Positions 9,723 to 20,120 of a stretch of 64,000 nucleotides of DNA are shown here, in pieces. The stretch is taken from the NCBI GenBank assembly GCA_013204395.1, contig JABMNZ010000025.1:9007-73006 (forward strand). The letters are read 5' to 3'. How positions within the stretch are numbered: position 1 is the first letter of the stretch; the number at the start of each line of letters is the position of its first letter. The notes under the pieces are model-generated. The model worked only from the letters and a program-made list of their open reading frames with translations. It did no database searches and was not told where the DNA came from. Source of the stretch: Parcubacteria group bacterium. GTDB taxonomy: Bacteria > Patescibacteriota > Patescibacteriia > UBA9934 > GWF2-40-263. The position numbers and the translations under genes were made by a program.

Positions 9723-11802
9723 TCCGTTCTTTTACAAGGCAAAACAGGGGGCCATTTTTTGTTTGCTCTTTATTATTGCTTTGCCGGTTTACGCGCTGAC
9801 ACCGAACGATGATTATTATTCCGAGCAGTGGTACATGGAGACCATGGGAGCGCAGATTGCATGGGACGAAGAGACTGGTGATGGTTCTGTTGTTGTTGCT
9901 GTTTTAGATACTGGAATTGATTTGGACCACCCCGATCTTGAGGATAATATTTGGGTGAACTTAGGTGAGATCGCGGGCGATGGTATTGATAATGACAATA
10001 ACGGTTATATAGATGACGTGAACGGTTACGACTTTGTCGATGAAGACGGAACTCCGGTTCCAGATCGCTTTGGGGGGTTTGATGTAGACGCTGTTTCTCA
10101 TGGGACTGTTATAGCCGGCATCGTTGGTGCAGTTGGGAATAACGATGAGGGGATGGCGGGTATCAACTGGAATGTAGAACTCATGTCTGTAAGAATTTTG
10201 GATAGCAATGGTGTGGGTGATTCAAATCTCGCAACTAATGGTGTTGATTATGCCGTAGATAATGGGGCAGATGTTATTAACTTAAGTTTCACTGGGTTTG
10301 ACCACGATGAGCGATTACGTCTTGCCCTACAACGGGCTTTTGAAGCTGGGGTAGTAGTTGTGGCGGCTGTTGGGAACTCTGATAACGGAGGGGTAAATAT
10401 TGATAACAGACCAATCTTTCCTGCGTGTTATGGAGAACGAGCGGATGAAGATTGGATTTTAGGTGTGGCGGCAACGGACGCAAATGATGTGAAAGCAGAT
10501 TTCTCAAACTACGGAGCAACCTGTACGGATATATCTGCTCCCGGTGAGGATATTTTTGCCACGATCTATCAAGACGACGATTGGCCAGGACTTGAGGAGG
10601 GATTTTATCAATCTGGTTGGTCAGGGACATCTATGGCGTCCCCAATGGTGGCAGGCGCTGCGGCTTTGTTAAAGTCTCACTATCACTCTCTGACACCAAG
10701 CGATATCAAAAGTGCTTTGAGATTATCTGTGGATCCTGTGAAGGCAACCGGTGATGCTGTTGGGAAAATGGGATCCGGGAGATTAAACATTTCTAAAGCA
10801 CTTATCCTTGCCGCTTCTTATGCAGATGAGGGCGATGGGGATGATGATGAAGTAACCACAATGACCGAAACAACGAGTTCAAATTCGAGCTACAGAATCG
10901 CAGTTGCGCCAGAAAGTGGTGGTCCACCAACTGTGAGAGTGTTTACAAATTCTGGAGACGAAATAGTCGCGAGCTTCAATGCCTATGACGAATCTTTTAC
11001 TGGTGGAGTTCGACTGGCTATGGGAGATGTTGATGGCGATGGGGAGGAGGAGATTGTGACCGTGCCAGGTTCAGGTGGTCCCCATGTTCGCATATTTGAT
11101 CTAGACGGAAATCTTGAAAGTGACTTTTTTGCATTTTCGACATCCATGAGATCTGGGTTGTATGTGGCAACGGGGGATATTGATGGAGATGGACTTGAAG
11201 AGATTGTTGTGAGTACTGACGAGGGAGGTGGCGCACTTGTCAAAATTTTTGATAACAACGGTGATCAAATCGGCTCTACTATTGAGCCGTTTGAAGATGT
11301 GCCAGCGCCGCGCAGTGTGCGTGTGGCCATGGGAGATGTAGATGGTGATGGCGAGGACGAGGTGATCACAACATTGGGTGATGGTCATGAGCCATTGGTG
11401 CGTGTGCACAAAGCTGACGGAACATTTCAAAGCGAGTTTCTTGCCTATGCACAGACCTATGACAAGGGGGTCTTTGTGGCTTCAGGTGATCTAGACGGCG
11501 ATGGTGATGATGAGATTGTGACAGGTACAGATAATGGTGGTGGTCCACAGGTGCAGATTTATGATGGCGAGGGAGGGTGGCTTGGAACGTTCTTTGCCTA
11601 TGATGATCAGTTCCGTGGAGGGGTTCGTTTGTCTGTAGGGAATCTTTCTAAGTGGCCAGGTGCATCAATTATTACTGCCGCAGGACCAGGGGGAGGCCCA
11701 CATATCCGAGTTTATAATGGATACGCCTCTTTAATAGGAACGTTCTTCTCAGATGACGAAGGTGATAGAGGGGGGGTTAACTCTGGAGCCTGGAGTCTCT
11801 AA
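9700..11802 (+). CDS. S8 subtilisin-like serine protease with FG-GAP repeats (paralog)
   Basis: VAVLDTG / HGTVIAG / GTSMASP triad; signal peptide; FG-GAP repeats. Confidence 0.9.
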   Translation: MEHLFRCSPFFYKAKQGAIFCLLFIIALPVYALTPNDDYYSEQWYMETMGAQIAWDEETGDGSVVVAVLDTGIDLDHPDLEDNIWVNLGEIAGDGIDNDNNGYIDDVNGYDFVDEDGTPVPDRFGGFDVDAVSHGTVIAGIVGAVGNNDEGMAGINWNVELMSVRILDSNGVGDSNLATNGVDYAVDNGADVINLSFTGFDHDERLRLALQRAFEAGVVVVAAVGNSDNGGVNIDNRPIFPACYGERADEDWILGVAATDANDVKADFSNYGATCTDISAPGEDIFATIYQDDDWPGLEEGFYQSGWSGTSMASPMVAGAAALLKSHYHSLTPSDIKSALRLSVDPVKATGDAVGKMGSGRLNISKALILAASYADEGDGDDDEVTTMTETTSSNSSYRIAVAPESGGPPTVRVFTNSGDEIVASFNAYDESFTGGVRLAMGDVDGDGEEEIVTVPGSGGPHVRIFDLDGNLESDFFAFSTSMRSGLYVATGDIDGDGLEEIVVSTDEGGGALVKIFDNNGDQIGSTIEPFEDVPAPRSVRVAMGDVDGDGEDEVITTLGDGHEPLVRVHKADGTFQSEFLAYAQTYDKGVFVASGDLDGDGDDEIVTGTDNGGGPQVQIYDGEGGWLGTFFAYDDQFRGGVRLSVGNLSKWPGASIITAAGPGGGPHIRVYNGYASLIGTFFSDDEGDRGGVNSGAWSL

Positions 11803-11822
11803 GTTTGCTATACTACTGACAT

Positions 11823-12839
11823 ATGTCTCAAGAACTAAAGTTTACAAACAAAAATATCCTTGTGACCGGCGGTGCTGGTTTCATTGGCTCGCATTTATGT
11901 GAGCAATTGCTTCGCGATGATCATAGGGTGGTTTGCATAGATAACCTTTCAACGGGCACAGCAAGTAACATTAACGCACTTTTACAGAATCAGAACTTCA
12001 GATTTATTCGTTTGGATATCAACGAGCCATTTGATTTGGAGAGTCACGCAGAGCTCGCTACTTTCAAGTTACCTTTTCAAGGAATCCAAGAAATTTATCA
12101 TTTAGCTTGTCCAACATCGATTAAAAACTTTGACCAGTTTAAAGTTCAAACACTACTTTCAAATTCCTTGGGGAATTATCACGTGCTTGAAATTGCGAAG
12201 AAGTACCGTGCGCGCGTCATGCTGGCTTCTAGTTCCGTAGTGTACGGACAAAGAGCGGAAGGAAGTGGCATGGTTGAGGAGTCTGAAATGGGTTTGGTAA
12301 ATCAACTTTCTCAGAGAGCTTGTTATGACGAGGGTAAGAGATTCTCGGAAACCATGTTTGAGACTTATCGTCAGGTGCACGGTTTGGATATTCGTATAGC
12401 AAGAATTTTTCGCACGTATGGACCGCGCATGCCACTGTTTGATGGACAGCTCATTCCCGATTTTATCTTGAATGCCCTAGATGGAAATGACCTTGTCATG
12501 TACGGAGGAAAAGATTTCAGCACATCTCTCATGTTCATTTCAGATTTGATTGACGGCCTTGCTCGTATCATGGACGCCCCGGAATACACGGGTCCCGTGA
12601 ACATTGGAAGTGATGTTGATTTGAATCTTGTGGATGTGGCGCAGCAAATTATTGAGATGACCAGCTCATCTTCTAAAATCGTTGATGGAGATAATTTTGC
12701 CTTTCTTTCAGAGTTGGCTTTGCCAAGAATTACAGCGATTAAGGACCTTGGCTGGTTCCCCCTTGTGCGTTTGCCAGACGGTCTACGTCGCACCATTGAA
12801 TACATGAAGGCAAATAAGTTGCTTCTGACAAATGTATGA
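11823..12839 (+). CDS. NAD-dependent epimerase/dehydratase, UDP-glucuronate decarboxylase-like
   Basis: GGAGFIGSHL, IYHLACP, YDEGKR, RIFRTYGPRM motifs. Confidence 0.85.
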   Translation: MSQELKFTNKNILVTGGAGFIGSHLCEQLLRDDHRVVCIDNLSTGTASNINALLQNQNFRFIRLDINEPFDLESHAELATFKLPFQGIQEIYHLACPTSIKNFDQFKVQTLLSNSLGNYHVLEIAKKYRARVMLASSSVVYGQRAEGSGMVEESEMGLVNQLSQRACYDEGKRFSETMFETYRQVHGLDIRIARIFRTYGPRMPLFDGQLIPDFILNALDGNDLVMYGGKDFSTSLMFISDLIDGLARIMDAPEYTGPVNIGSDVDLNLVDVAQQIIEMTSSSSKIVDGDNFAFLSELALPRITAIKDLGWFPLVRLPDGLRRTIEYMKANKLLLTNV

Positions 12840-13501
12840 AGGTGATTGCTCTTATCCCAGCGTACAACGAAGAAACAACACTTGCGGTTGTTTTGGAAAA
12901 AACAGCTTCGTTTGTCGATTTGATGTTAGTTGTAGATGATGGCTCTACAGATAGAACAAGTGAGATCGCCTTAAGTCATGGAGCGACGGTTGTCAGCCAT
13001 GTGATTAACCGCGGCCTGGGTGCAGCCATTGGTACTGGATTCGCCGCGGCAATGATGCTTAAAGCGGATGCCGTCATAACCTTGGATGCAGATGGGCAGC
13101 ATGACCCATCGGAGATCCCATTATTTGTTGAAGCCATTAATGATGGAGCTGACGTCGTCATTGGTTCAAGAATGCTTGGAGGTACGGGTATGCCATGGTA
13201 TCGACAGGTAGCGAACCGTCTTGGAAATCTAGTGACCTTTCTTTTGTTTGGCGCTCTTGTCACAGATAGTCAATCTGGTTTCCGTGCGTTCACCGCCTAT
13301 GCCATTAGGCAGATCGAAATCAAGACTAATCGAATGGAGGTTTCTTCAGAATTGATCGCGGAGTCTCGTCGGCACAAGCTTCATCTTGTAGAGGTTCCCA
13401 TAAAAGCGATTTATACGGAGTATTCTCTCTCAAAGGGACAAAGCTTCCTTGTGGGTATCAAGACACTTATCAAACTTGTCTTGCGCCGTATCAGTCAATA
13501 A
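12836..13501 (+). CDS. Glycosyltransferase family 2 (DPM1-like)
   Basis: IPAYNEE, VDDGSTD, DADGQH, DSQSGFRA. Confidence 0.9.
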   Translation: MKVIALIPAYNEETTLAVVLEKTASFVDLMLVVDDGSTDRTSEIALSHGATVVSHVINRGLGAAIGTGFAAAMMLKADAVITLDADGQHDPSEIPLFVEAINDGADVVIGSRMLGGTGMPWYRQVANRLGNLVTFLLFGALVTDSQSGFRAFTAYAIRQIEIKTNRMEVSSELIAESRRHKLHLVEVPIKAIYTEYSLSKGQSFLVGIKTLIKLVLRRISQ

Positions 13502-13508
13502 TTGATCT

Positions 13509-13841
13509 ATGACCGTAATCCAGATTCTGATTGTCGTATTTGCGCTTTTTGCCATCTCTCGAACAGTCTGGCAATTTAAGAGGGGGTCACTCACCATTGC
13601 TTGGCTTCTTTTTTGGATGATCTTTTGGTTGGTTGCCGCAACGGTTGCTGTGCTGCCGCAGACCACAGACACGGTTGCAAGATTTGTGGGTGTTGGCCGT
13701 GGGGCTGACGCAGTGATCTATTTTTCATTGGTAGCATTGTTTTATCTGGTGTTCCGCACATACGTGAAGATCGAAAAAACAGAAAACGAAATCACAAAGC
13801 TTGTTCGCAAGCTTTCCCTAGATGAACTAGATGACAAATAG
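13509..13841 (+). CDS. DUF2304 family membrane protein
   Basis: Three TM segments, GVGRGAD, C-terminal EITKLVRKL; usual neighbour of DPM-like GT2. Confidence 0.8.
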   Translation: MTVIQILIVVFALFAISRTVWQFKRGSLTIAWLLFWMIFWLVAATVAVLPQTTDTVARFVGVGRGADAVIYFSLVALFYLVFRTYVKIEKTENEITKLVRKLSLDELDDK

Positions 13842-14883
13842 TATGCACCCGAAAGTTTCCATTATCTATCTGGCTTACAACACTCATAAATACCTCGACG
13901 AGGTATTTTCGTCTTTACGGCAGTTGAACTACCCAAAGGACAGGCTTGAGATTATTGCGGTTGATAATGATTCAAAAGATGAGAGCGCCGCGTGGCTGCA
14001 CAAGCAAGATGGAATCACGTTTTTTCCAAGTGAGACGAATCTCGGGTTTGCGGGTGGAAACAATCTTGGGATCACCCATGCCCTGCTAAATGGAGCAGAC
14101 TACGTTTTTCTTCTTAATGGGGACGCAAAGTTAGATCCCGATGCCATCATGGGGGCCGTGAAGGTGGCTGAGGCAGATCCTTCGATTGGTTCGGTCCAGT
14201 CCAGGATTATGCTTTGGGAAAAGCCTGAGATTGTAAATGCGACTGGTGGCATGGTGCACTTTTTAGGATTCGGATTTGTAAAAGACAACGGGCTTCCTTG
14301 GAAAGGATCCACACAACCAAGTGAGATTGCTTATGCTTCAGGGGCTGCTGTCCTGTATCGGGCATCCGTTTTGCAAAAAGTTGGTTTACTTGATCCATTC
14401 TTTTTCATGTATCACGAAGATCTGGAACTTGGTTGGAGGATTCGTCTAGCTGGAGGGAAAAATATGTTAGCTCCACAATCTGTCGCCTATCATGATTATG
14501 AGTTCTCTCGATCCATTCAAAAGTTCTACTGGATGGAACGAGCTCGAGTTCTTGTTCATTTTTCACATTTGACATGGAGGTCACTTTTAATTCTCGCCCC
14601 AGCAATGGCGTTATCAGAACTCGGACTACTTGTTTTTGCCATCAAAGGTGGTTGGCTCAAAGAAAAATTTCTTGTCTACGCTTCTTTACTCTCACCTAAA
14701 TCGTGGAGATATATTTCACGCAAGCGAAAAGAGAGCACTGCTATTCGATCGGTGAGCGATAGAGAAATTGCTTCACTTTGGACGGGTCGCATAGAACATC
14801 AAGACACAAGTAGCCCAATTGTGGATCGCGTTATCAATCCTGTTATGTCGATCGCTTGGTCGGTTATGAAAAAATTTATCTAA
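13831..14883 (+). CDS. Glycosyltransferase family 2 (rhamnosyltransferase-like)
   Basis: VDNDSKD, NLGFAGGNN, LLNGDA, FFMYHEDLELGWR. Confidence 0.9.
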   Translation: MTNSMHPKVSIIYLAYNTHKYLDEVFSSLRQLNYPKDRLEIIAVDNDSKDESAAWLHKQDGITFFPSETNLGFAGGNNLGITHALLNGADYVFLLNGDAKLDPDAIMGAVKVAEADPSIGSVQSRIMLWEKPEIVNATGGMVHFLGFGFVKDNGLPWKGSTQPSEIAYASGAAVLYRASVLQKVGLLDPFFFMYHEDLELGWRIRLAGGKNMLAPQSVAYHDYEFSRSIQKFYWMERARVLVHFSHLTWRSLLILAPAMALSELGLLVFAIKGGWLKEKFLVYASLLSPKSWRYISRKRKESTAIRSVSDREIASLWTGRIEHQDTSSPIVDRVINPVMSIAWSVMKKFI

Positions 14884-16044
14884 ATGGACAAGCAAATAAA
14901 AATTGCGCACGTTGTTTCAACTTATCCTCCTTACCGAGGTGGAATGGGGAGGGTTGCTTTTGAATATGTGGAGCGACAAAGAGCAAGAGGTTATAGCGCG
15001 CATGTGTTTACCATTGCTGGTGAAAAAGTTGAGGACGACCCCCGTTATGTCCATAGGGTCCCGTCGATAATGCATATCGGTAATGCTGGCGTACTGCCGT
15101 CACTGTTTAAGCGACTTTCTGGTTTTGATCTTGTTCATCTTCATTATCCATTTTACGGTGGCGCTGAGCCCACTATTGTCCGTAAGGCTCTTCGTCAGAA
15201 CCAAGGTCTGGTTATGACCTACCACATGGATAACTATGCCCCTGGACTTAAGGGGGCAATCTTTTCTGCTCACAGGCGTCTTTTGTTTCCATGGCTCATG
15301 AATCGTGTTGATAGAATCTTGGTGAGCTCTTTAGACTATGCAAAACATTCAGCCCTTGCGGAACTTAATCTAGAAGACCGTATCGAAGAGCATCCGTTTG
15401 GTGTTGAGTTGGATCGATTCAAACCAGGTGAGGAAACACATCTACGGTCAGATTTGAATCTTGATTCTGACATTCCTGTCCTTTTATTTGTTGGGGGTCT
15501 TGATGCGGCCCATCATTTCAAGGGACTCACGGTGCTATTTGAAGCTTTGGAAAAGTTAGTGGCACAGTCTTGGCATTTGGTTGTGGTTGGAGAGGGTCCA
15601 CTTCGGGAGACATACAAAGCAAACGCGGACGCTGCTGACCTTTCACAAAGAGTGACCTTTGCTGGTAATGTTTCAGATGAGGATCTTCCTCGTTACTATC
15701 GCCTAGCTGATATGCACTTGTTTCCTTCGACGGGCAGGGGAGAGGCATTTGGACTTGTGGCTGCAGAAGCGGCGGCTAGCGGAACTCCATCCATTGCTTC
15801 GAATCTTCCTGGTGTTCGCACGGTTGTGAGAGATGGGGACACAGGGCTCCTCGTAACCCCAAACGATGTAGAGGAGCTGTCTAAGGGCATTTTAACGCTT
15901 CTGGAACAGCCTGAGGTGAGGAGAAGGTTTGGATTATCGGCTCGCATTCATGCTGAGCAACATTACGGTTGGGAACCCATTATGGATCGTCTTGAGGAAA
16001 CTTATGAATCCGTCTTAGGACAACAATCAACGCGCGCCTACTAA
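14884..16044 (+). CDS. Glycosyltransferase family 4
   Basis: EAFGLVAAEAAASGTP (EX7E) GT-B motif. Confidence 0.9.
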   Translation: MDKQIKIAHVVSTYPPYRGGMGRVAFEYVERQRARGYSAHVFTIAGEKVEDDPRYVHRVPSIMHIGNAGVLPSLFKRLSGFDLVHLHYPFYGGAEPTIVRKALRQNQGLVMTYHMDNYAPGLKGAIFSAHRRLLFPWLMNRVDRILVSSLDYAKHSALAELNLEDRIEEHPFGVELDRFKPGEETHLRSDLNLDSDIPVLLFVGGLDAAHHFKGLTVLFEALEKLVAQSWHLVVVGEGPLRETYKANADAADLSQRVTFAGNVSDEDLPRYYRLADMHLFPSTGRGEAFGLVAAEAAASGTPSIASNLPGVRTVVRDGDTGLLVTPNDVEELSKGILTLLEQPEVRRRFGLSARIHAEQHYGWEPIMDRLEETYESVLGQQSTRAY

Positions 16045-16045
16045 T

Positions 16046-17251
16046 ATGAAAATCGGGATTGTCTCAAACTTGTATCCACCAGCCGCTCGTGGTGGGGCGG
16101 AGCTTGTGGCTCAACGCATTGCAGATGAACTGTATATTCGTGGCCATGAGGTTTTTGTATTGAGCAGCCAGCCCTATGATGGGGTACGAACTTTGTTCCC
16201 GTCTATACGTGAAAGAACATTAGAGGCGGTGTACCGGTTTTTCCCCTTGAACTTTTATTATCTCCGACATGATCACTCCATTCCTTTTCCTATTCGCGCC
16301 CTCTGGCACGTAGTCGATTTGTTCAACCCGTTTTCTCGAGGGGCAATAAGACATTTGATTAAGGACGAACAACCGGATGTTATTTTTACGCATAATTTGA
16401 AAGGCATCGGAATTTCTATTGGCAAGGAGATTCAAAAACAAGGGATCCCACATATCCATACCCTGCACGATGTTCAGCTAAGTGTCCCAAGTGGACTGTT
16501 GATTGCCGGTGGTGAAGACGCTTGGCAGAACACGTCTTTTTTACGGAGGTGGTATGAGAAAGCGGTGATGTCACAGATTGGGACTCCAGACATGGTAATT
16601 TCTCCGTCAGAATTTTTGCTGAAATTTCATCATGATCGTGGAATGATGACCAACTCTCCATCAGAAATTATTCCAAACCCACTTCCACCAGGGATGATCA
16701 ACCCTCGTGGTGAACGGATAGATGGACCAACAAGGTTTTTGTACATTGGTCAGCTTGAAAAACATAAGGGGATCATCGAACTTTTTGATGCTCTAGAGCA
16801 GCTTCCAGATGATGTGCAGCTTCACATTGCTGGCGAAGGGACCCTTGGTGAGTATGTCTCACAGCGTGCTGAGCGGGATCGTCGCATCAAGTATCATGGT
16901 TTCGTGTCGCTCAAACACTTGGTGAGCATTCTACGTTCCACCGATGCCGTCATTGTTCCGTCTACCTGTTATGAGAATTCTCCCACGGTTATTTACGAAG
17001 CGTTTCTTATAGGTGTGCCAGTCATTGCCTCGCGCATCGGGGGGATACCCGAGTTGATCGAGGACCGTGAGACAGGGTGGCTTGTGGAGCCTGGGAACGT
17101 AGACGAATTAGCCGCCGGCATGCTTCGTTGTTATGAGCGCCAAGATGAATGGTGGGCCATGACAAAAAAGATCCGCGCTAATGTGGAGAAGTATTCTGTA
17201 AAAAATTATATTGATCGGCTAGAGACACTGATGCAAACCGTTATTAAATAA
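16046..17251 (+). CDS. Glycosyltransferase family 4
   Basis: ENSPTVIYEAFLIGVPVIASRIGGIPE. Confidence 0.9.
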   Translation: MKIGIVSNLYPPAARGGAELVAQRIADELYIRGHEVFVLSSQPYDGVRTLFPSIRERTLEAVYRFFPLNFYYLRHDHSIPFPIRALWHVVDLFNPFSRGAIRHLIKDEQPDVIFTHNLKGIGISIGKEIQKQGIPHIHTLHDVQLSVPSGLLIAGGEDAWQNTSFLRRWYEKAVMSQIGTPDMVISPSEFLLKFHHDRGMMTNSPSEIIPNPLPPGMINPRGERIDGPTRFLYIGQLEKHKGIIELFDALEQLPDDVQLHIAGEGTLGEYVSQRAERDRRIKYHGFVSLKHLVSILRSTDAVIVPSTCYENSPTVIYEAFLIGVPVIASRIGGIPELIEDRETGWLVEPGNVDELAAGMLRCYERQDEWWAMTKKIRANVEKYSVKNYIDRLETLMQTVIK

Positions 17252-17252
17252 G

Positions 17253-17278
17253 AAAAACCGAGCGAACGCTCGGTTTTT
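17253..17278. terminator. Intrinsic terminator
   Basis: aaaaaccgagcg-aa-cgctcggttttt. Confidence 0.8.
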
Positions 17279-17281
17279 GGA

Positions 17282-17310
17282 TTGACAAAATCTATTAAAT
17301 AGGGTACTTT
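17282..17310 (+). promoter_or_regulatory. Sigma70-type promoter of the ABC islet
   Basis: TTGACA-17bp-TACTTT; SD AAGGAGG before the TTG start. Confidence 0.6.
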
Positions 17311-17342
17311 TTGTCGTTCGCTCAACCAGAAAGGAGGTCCAT

Positions 17343-19145
17343 TTGAACTTCTGGAAGCGATATTGGGCTCTCACGAGTCCGTTCAAGCGTGACATTGGTT
17401 GGTCCATCGGTTGGATCGCTGTGGCAACGTTGATGAGCCTTGCGGCTCCCTACGTCAACAAGTTGGTCTTTGACTTGGTCAACATCTGGTGCATGCCTCA
17501 GACGGGATCCCATGTCGGGGTCATCGAAACTCTGAGCGGGTGGATGCCCAGCGCGAACACCATGTGGTGGCTCGCCGGCACAATCATCCTGATCAAGGTT
17601 GTTGTCGAAGGTCTTTCAAGCACGGTGGGAATGCTCAACCAGCGCAGCTGGCTCAAGCTCATCCTGCTCATGAACGAGCGCATGCCCGTTTTGACCATGA
17701 GTCACTTGCTCAAGCTTTCCATGGGTCACCACATCCGTGAGAGTACGAGCAAGCAGATCACCAAGCTAGAGCGCGGTATCAACGCCGCGAGCCAGCTCAC
17801 GGATCGTCTCTTCGGAAGACTCCTGCCCGAACTCCTCGTCATTCCAGTCTTTTCAGTGGTCCTCTTGGTCCTTGATTGGCGTGTTGGGGTGCTAAGCCTA
17901 GTGCTGGGGGTGGTGAGTGGAATTTGGTCGGTGTACGATTTCCGGTCACTAACCCCACATCGCAAGAGGATGGAGACGCTCTACCAACAATCGAGCACCA
18001 TCGGCTACGAAGCCATCAGCAACATCGCGACCGTTCAAGCATTCGGTTGCGAGCAGCACGAACGTGGAAGGATCAAGGGCATCCTCGCGAATATTCGTGC
18101 GGTCGAATGGGCTCAACTGGCACGTGCCATGTTCGGTGGGTACCTACGAGACGGGATGTCCAACATCTCCGGTGCTGCCGTCATCTTGATTGGTCTCTGG
18201 GGACTTCAGTCCAATGCCATGTCATTGGGAACGATGGTGATGCTACTTCAACTCAACGGTCGGTTTATCCGTTCGTGTCGCACTGTGACGCGGGAATGGA
18301 TGGAGATGGGGCGGAATCAGGAGTCGCTCTCACACCTCATGGACCTGCTGGACAAGCAGCCTGACGTTGTATCGCTTCCAACAGCGGTTGACGTAGGTTC
18401 GTCGGTTGGAGATATCGAGTTTGAACAGGTGGTCTTCTCCTACGACGGCAAAGGTCCTGCAGTACAAGACGTCAGTTTCCTGGCCAAGGCTGGGGAGATG
18501 GTGGCGATTGTCGGTCCGTCAGGATCTGGTAAGTCCACTCTGATCTCGCTTCTGCTGCGCGCCTACGACGTGGAATCGGGTGCAATCAGGATCGGGCGAC
18601 AGGATCTCCGTGTACTGAGCCTGGACAGCTGGCGCTCCAAGGTGGGCATTGTTCCACAGAGCGTGGAGCTGTTCTCCATCTCTATTGCTGCCAACATTGC
18701 CTACGGGCGACAAGGCGCAACGGATGAGGAGATCATGGCGGCAGCCAAGCTTGCTGGAGCTCATGAGTTCATCTTGGCCAAGCCAGACGGCTACGACACC
18801 ATCGTTGGTGAAAGGGGCCTGGATCTTTCCGGTGGCGAGCGCCAACGGATCGGGATCGCACGCGCGATCCTCCGGGATCCACAGGTTCTGATCTTCGACG
18901 AGGCAACTAGCAGCTTGGACGTCATTTCCGAGGCTCACATCCAGGAAGCACTGGAAACGCTCCGCAAGGACCGAACGACCATCGTGGTCGCTCACCGGTT
19001 CTCAACGATCAAGAAGGCTGACCGCATCGTGGTCATGGACGGCGGCCGAATCGTTGCCCAAGGAACGCGCGAGGAACTGCTCGAAGGCAGCCCGCTCTTC
19101 ACCGAGTTGGCACGCCTGCAAAGCGAACTCGCAATCCGCGACTGA
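17343..19145 (+). CDS. ABC exporter, fused permease/ATP-binding (MsbA-like); GC-rich islet
   Basis: TM domain plus GPSGSGKST, LSGGERQRIGIARA, DEATSSLD, VAHR. Confidence 0.92.
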   Translation: MNFWKRYWALTSPFKRDIGWSIGWIAVATLMSLAAPYVNKLVFDLVNIWCMPQTGSHVGVIETLSGWMPSANTMWWLAGTIILIKVVVEGLSSTVGMLNQRSWLKLILLMNERMPVLTMSHLLKLSMGHHIRESTSKQITKLERGINAASQLTDRLFGRLLPELLVIPVFSVVLLVLDWRVGVLSLVLGVVSGIWSVYDFRSLTPHRKRMETLYQQSSTIGYEAISNIATVQAFGCEQHERGRIKGILANIRAVEWAQLARAMFGGYLRDGMSNISGAAVILIGLWGLQSNAMSLGTMVMLLQLNGRFIRSCRTVTREWMEMGRNQESLSHLMDLLDKQPDVVSLPTAVDVGSSVGDIEFEQVVFSYDGKGPAVQDVSFLAKAGEMVAIVGPSGSGKSTLISLLLRAYDVESGAIRIGRQDLRVLSLDSWRSKVGIVPQSVELFSISIAANIAYGRQGATDEEIMAAAKLAGAHEFILAKPDGYDTIVGERGLDLSGGERQRIGIARAILRDPQVLIFDEATSSLDVISEAHIQEALETLRKDRTTIVVAHRFSTIKKADRIVVMDGGRIVAQGTREELLEGSPLFTELARLQSELAIRD

Positions 19146-19163
19146 CCGAGCCTGTGCTCGGTC

Positions 19164-19190
19164 GAGGGACTCCACGAGTCCCTCTTTTTT
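19164..19190 (+). terminator. Intrinsic terminator
   Basis: gagggactc-cac-gagtccctc-tttttt. Confidence 0.85.
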
Positions 19191-19197
19191 GTTGCCC

Positions 19198-19219
19198 GTC
19201 GGAAGCTAAGCTTCCGGCC
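19198..19219. repeat. REP-like palindrome, copy 2
   Basis: gtcggaagctaagcttccggcc, 22/22 identical to 57285..57306. Confidence 0.85.
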
Positions 19220-19385
19220 TGTATAGAAAAAAACGACCCTATGGTCAAAAACCATGCATTGAATGCAACAATCGATACTAAGTTTAGTTATGAATCATGC
19301 ATTCAATGTGCGATATATTGTTTGTCTGACAAATAAAAAAACGACCCGTATGGTCGTGGTGGTTGGGGGGCGAGTTGGTGGAGAG

Positions 19386-19778
19386 CTAGGAGAAGAAGCC
19401 TCGAGTGAGCGAGATCACTCGGTCGCGACGTTCGGAGTTCAGTGCCATTGCAGCGACGATGGCGGTCTGGCCATCGAGCTCATGCAGGCCTTCGGGCACA
19501 GTCGGCGTCACAGGCTCGGCGCTCTCGATGACGATGCGGGTGTACGAGCAGATGCCGCCATCGATCATCTTGAAAGGCAGGATGTGAGCGCAGCGCGTGC
19601 GCAGGGAGATTTCTCCGATCACGGGAACGCTGTCGGTCATGCCGGTGCCCAAGGCAGCCAGCACGATCATGGCTTCGGCGAGCGCCTCGGGGGAGTCGAA
19701 GGTGACTTGGTGGTTCTCAATCACCTGACTGAGCTCACCTCTTTGAAAGACCAGGATCTTGAAAGCGAGTGTGAACAT
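19386..19778 (-). CDS. Hypothetical protein (GC-rich islet)
   Basis: SD GGAG before ATG; TTGACC upstream; terminator-like hairpin downstream; preferred over the antisense + ORF. Confidence 0.65.
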   Translation of the reverse strand: MFTLAFKILVFQRGELSQVIENHQVTFDSPEALAEAMIVLAALGTGMTDSVPVIGEISLRTRCAHILPFKMIDGGICSYTRIVIESAEPVTPTVPEGLHELDGQTAIVAAMALNSERRDRVISLTRGFFS

Positions 19779-20120
19779 GGTGGGTCTCCACGGTTGGTGT
19801 TCGGCAAGAGTAGATCACAATTGCCGCGGTGGGTCAATATTTAAGTGGAAATATGGCCGACGAGTTTATCCACATTCTTAGTCTACTGGGAGTCTGTATA
19901 ACTAACACAGCGCATAGCCGTAGGGCGTTAAGTGAAATAATAATACATTCCTTCCGTCACTATCGTGGTGGTTGGAAATCAAGATGATTTCCCTTTGCTA
20001 TTTCTAAACTAAAAACCCCTTCTTCTGAACATCACCTTTTTGATGTGCAAAAGAAGGGGTGGGGCGCAGCTTGTGGCTGCGCCCCGACGATTCGTTATCC
20101 CGCCGAAGCAGGATGTATCA

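Noticed and set aside
19263-19844. 193-aa plus-strand ORF
   Set aside because: Overlaps terminators and is antisense to a minus-strand ORF that has an SD and promoter
19866-19874. oriC from the DnaA box TTATCCACA
   Set aside because: Single box, no cluster, no dnaA/dnaN nearby
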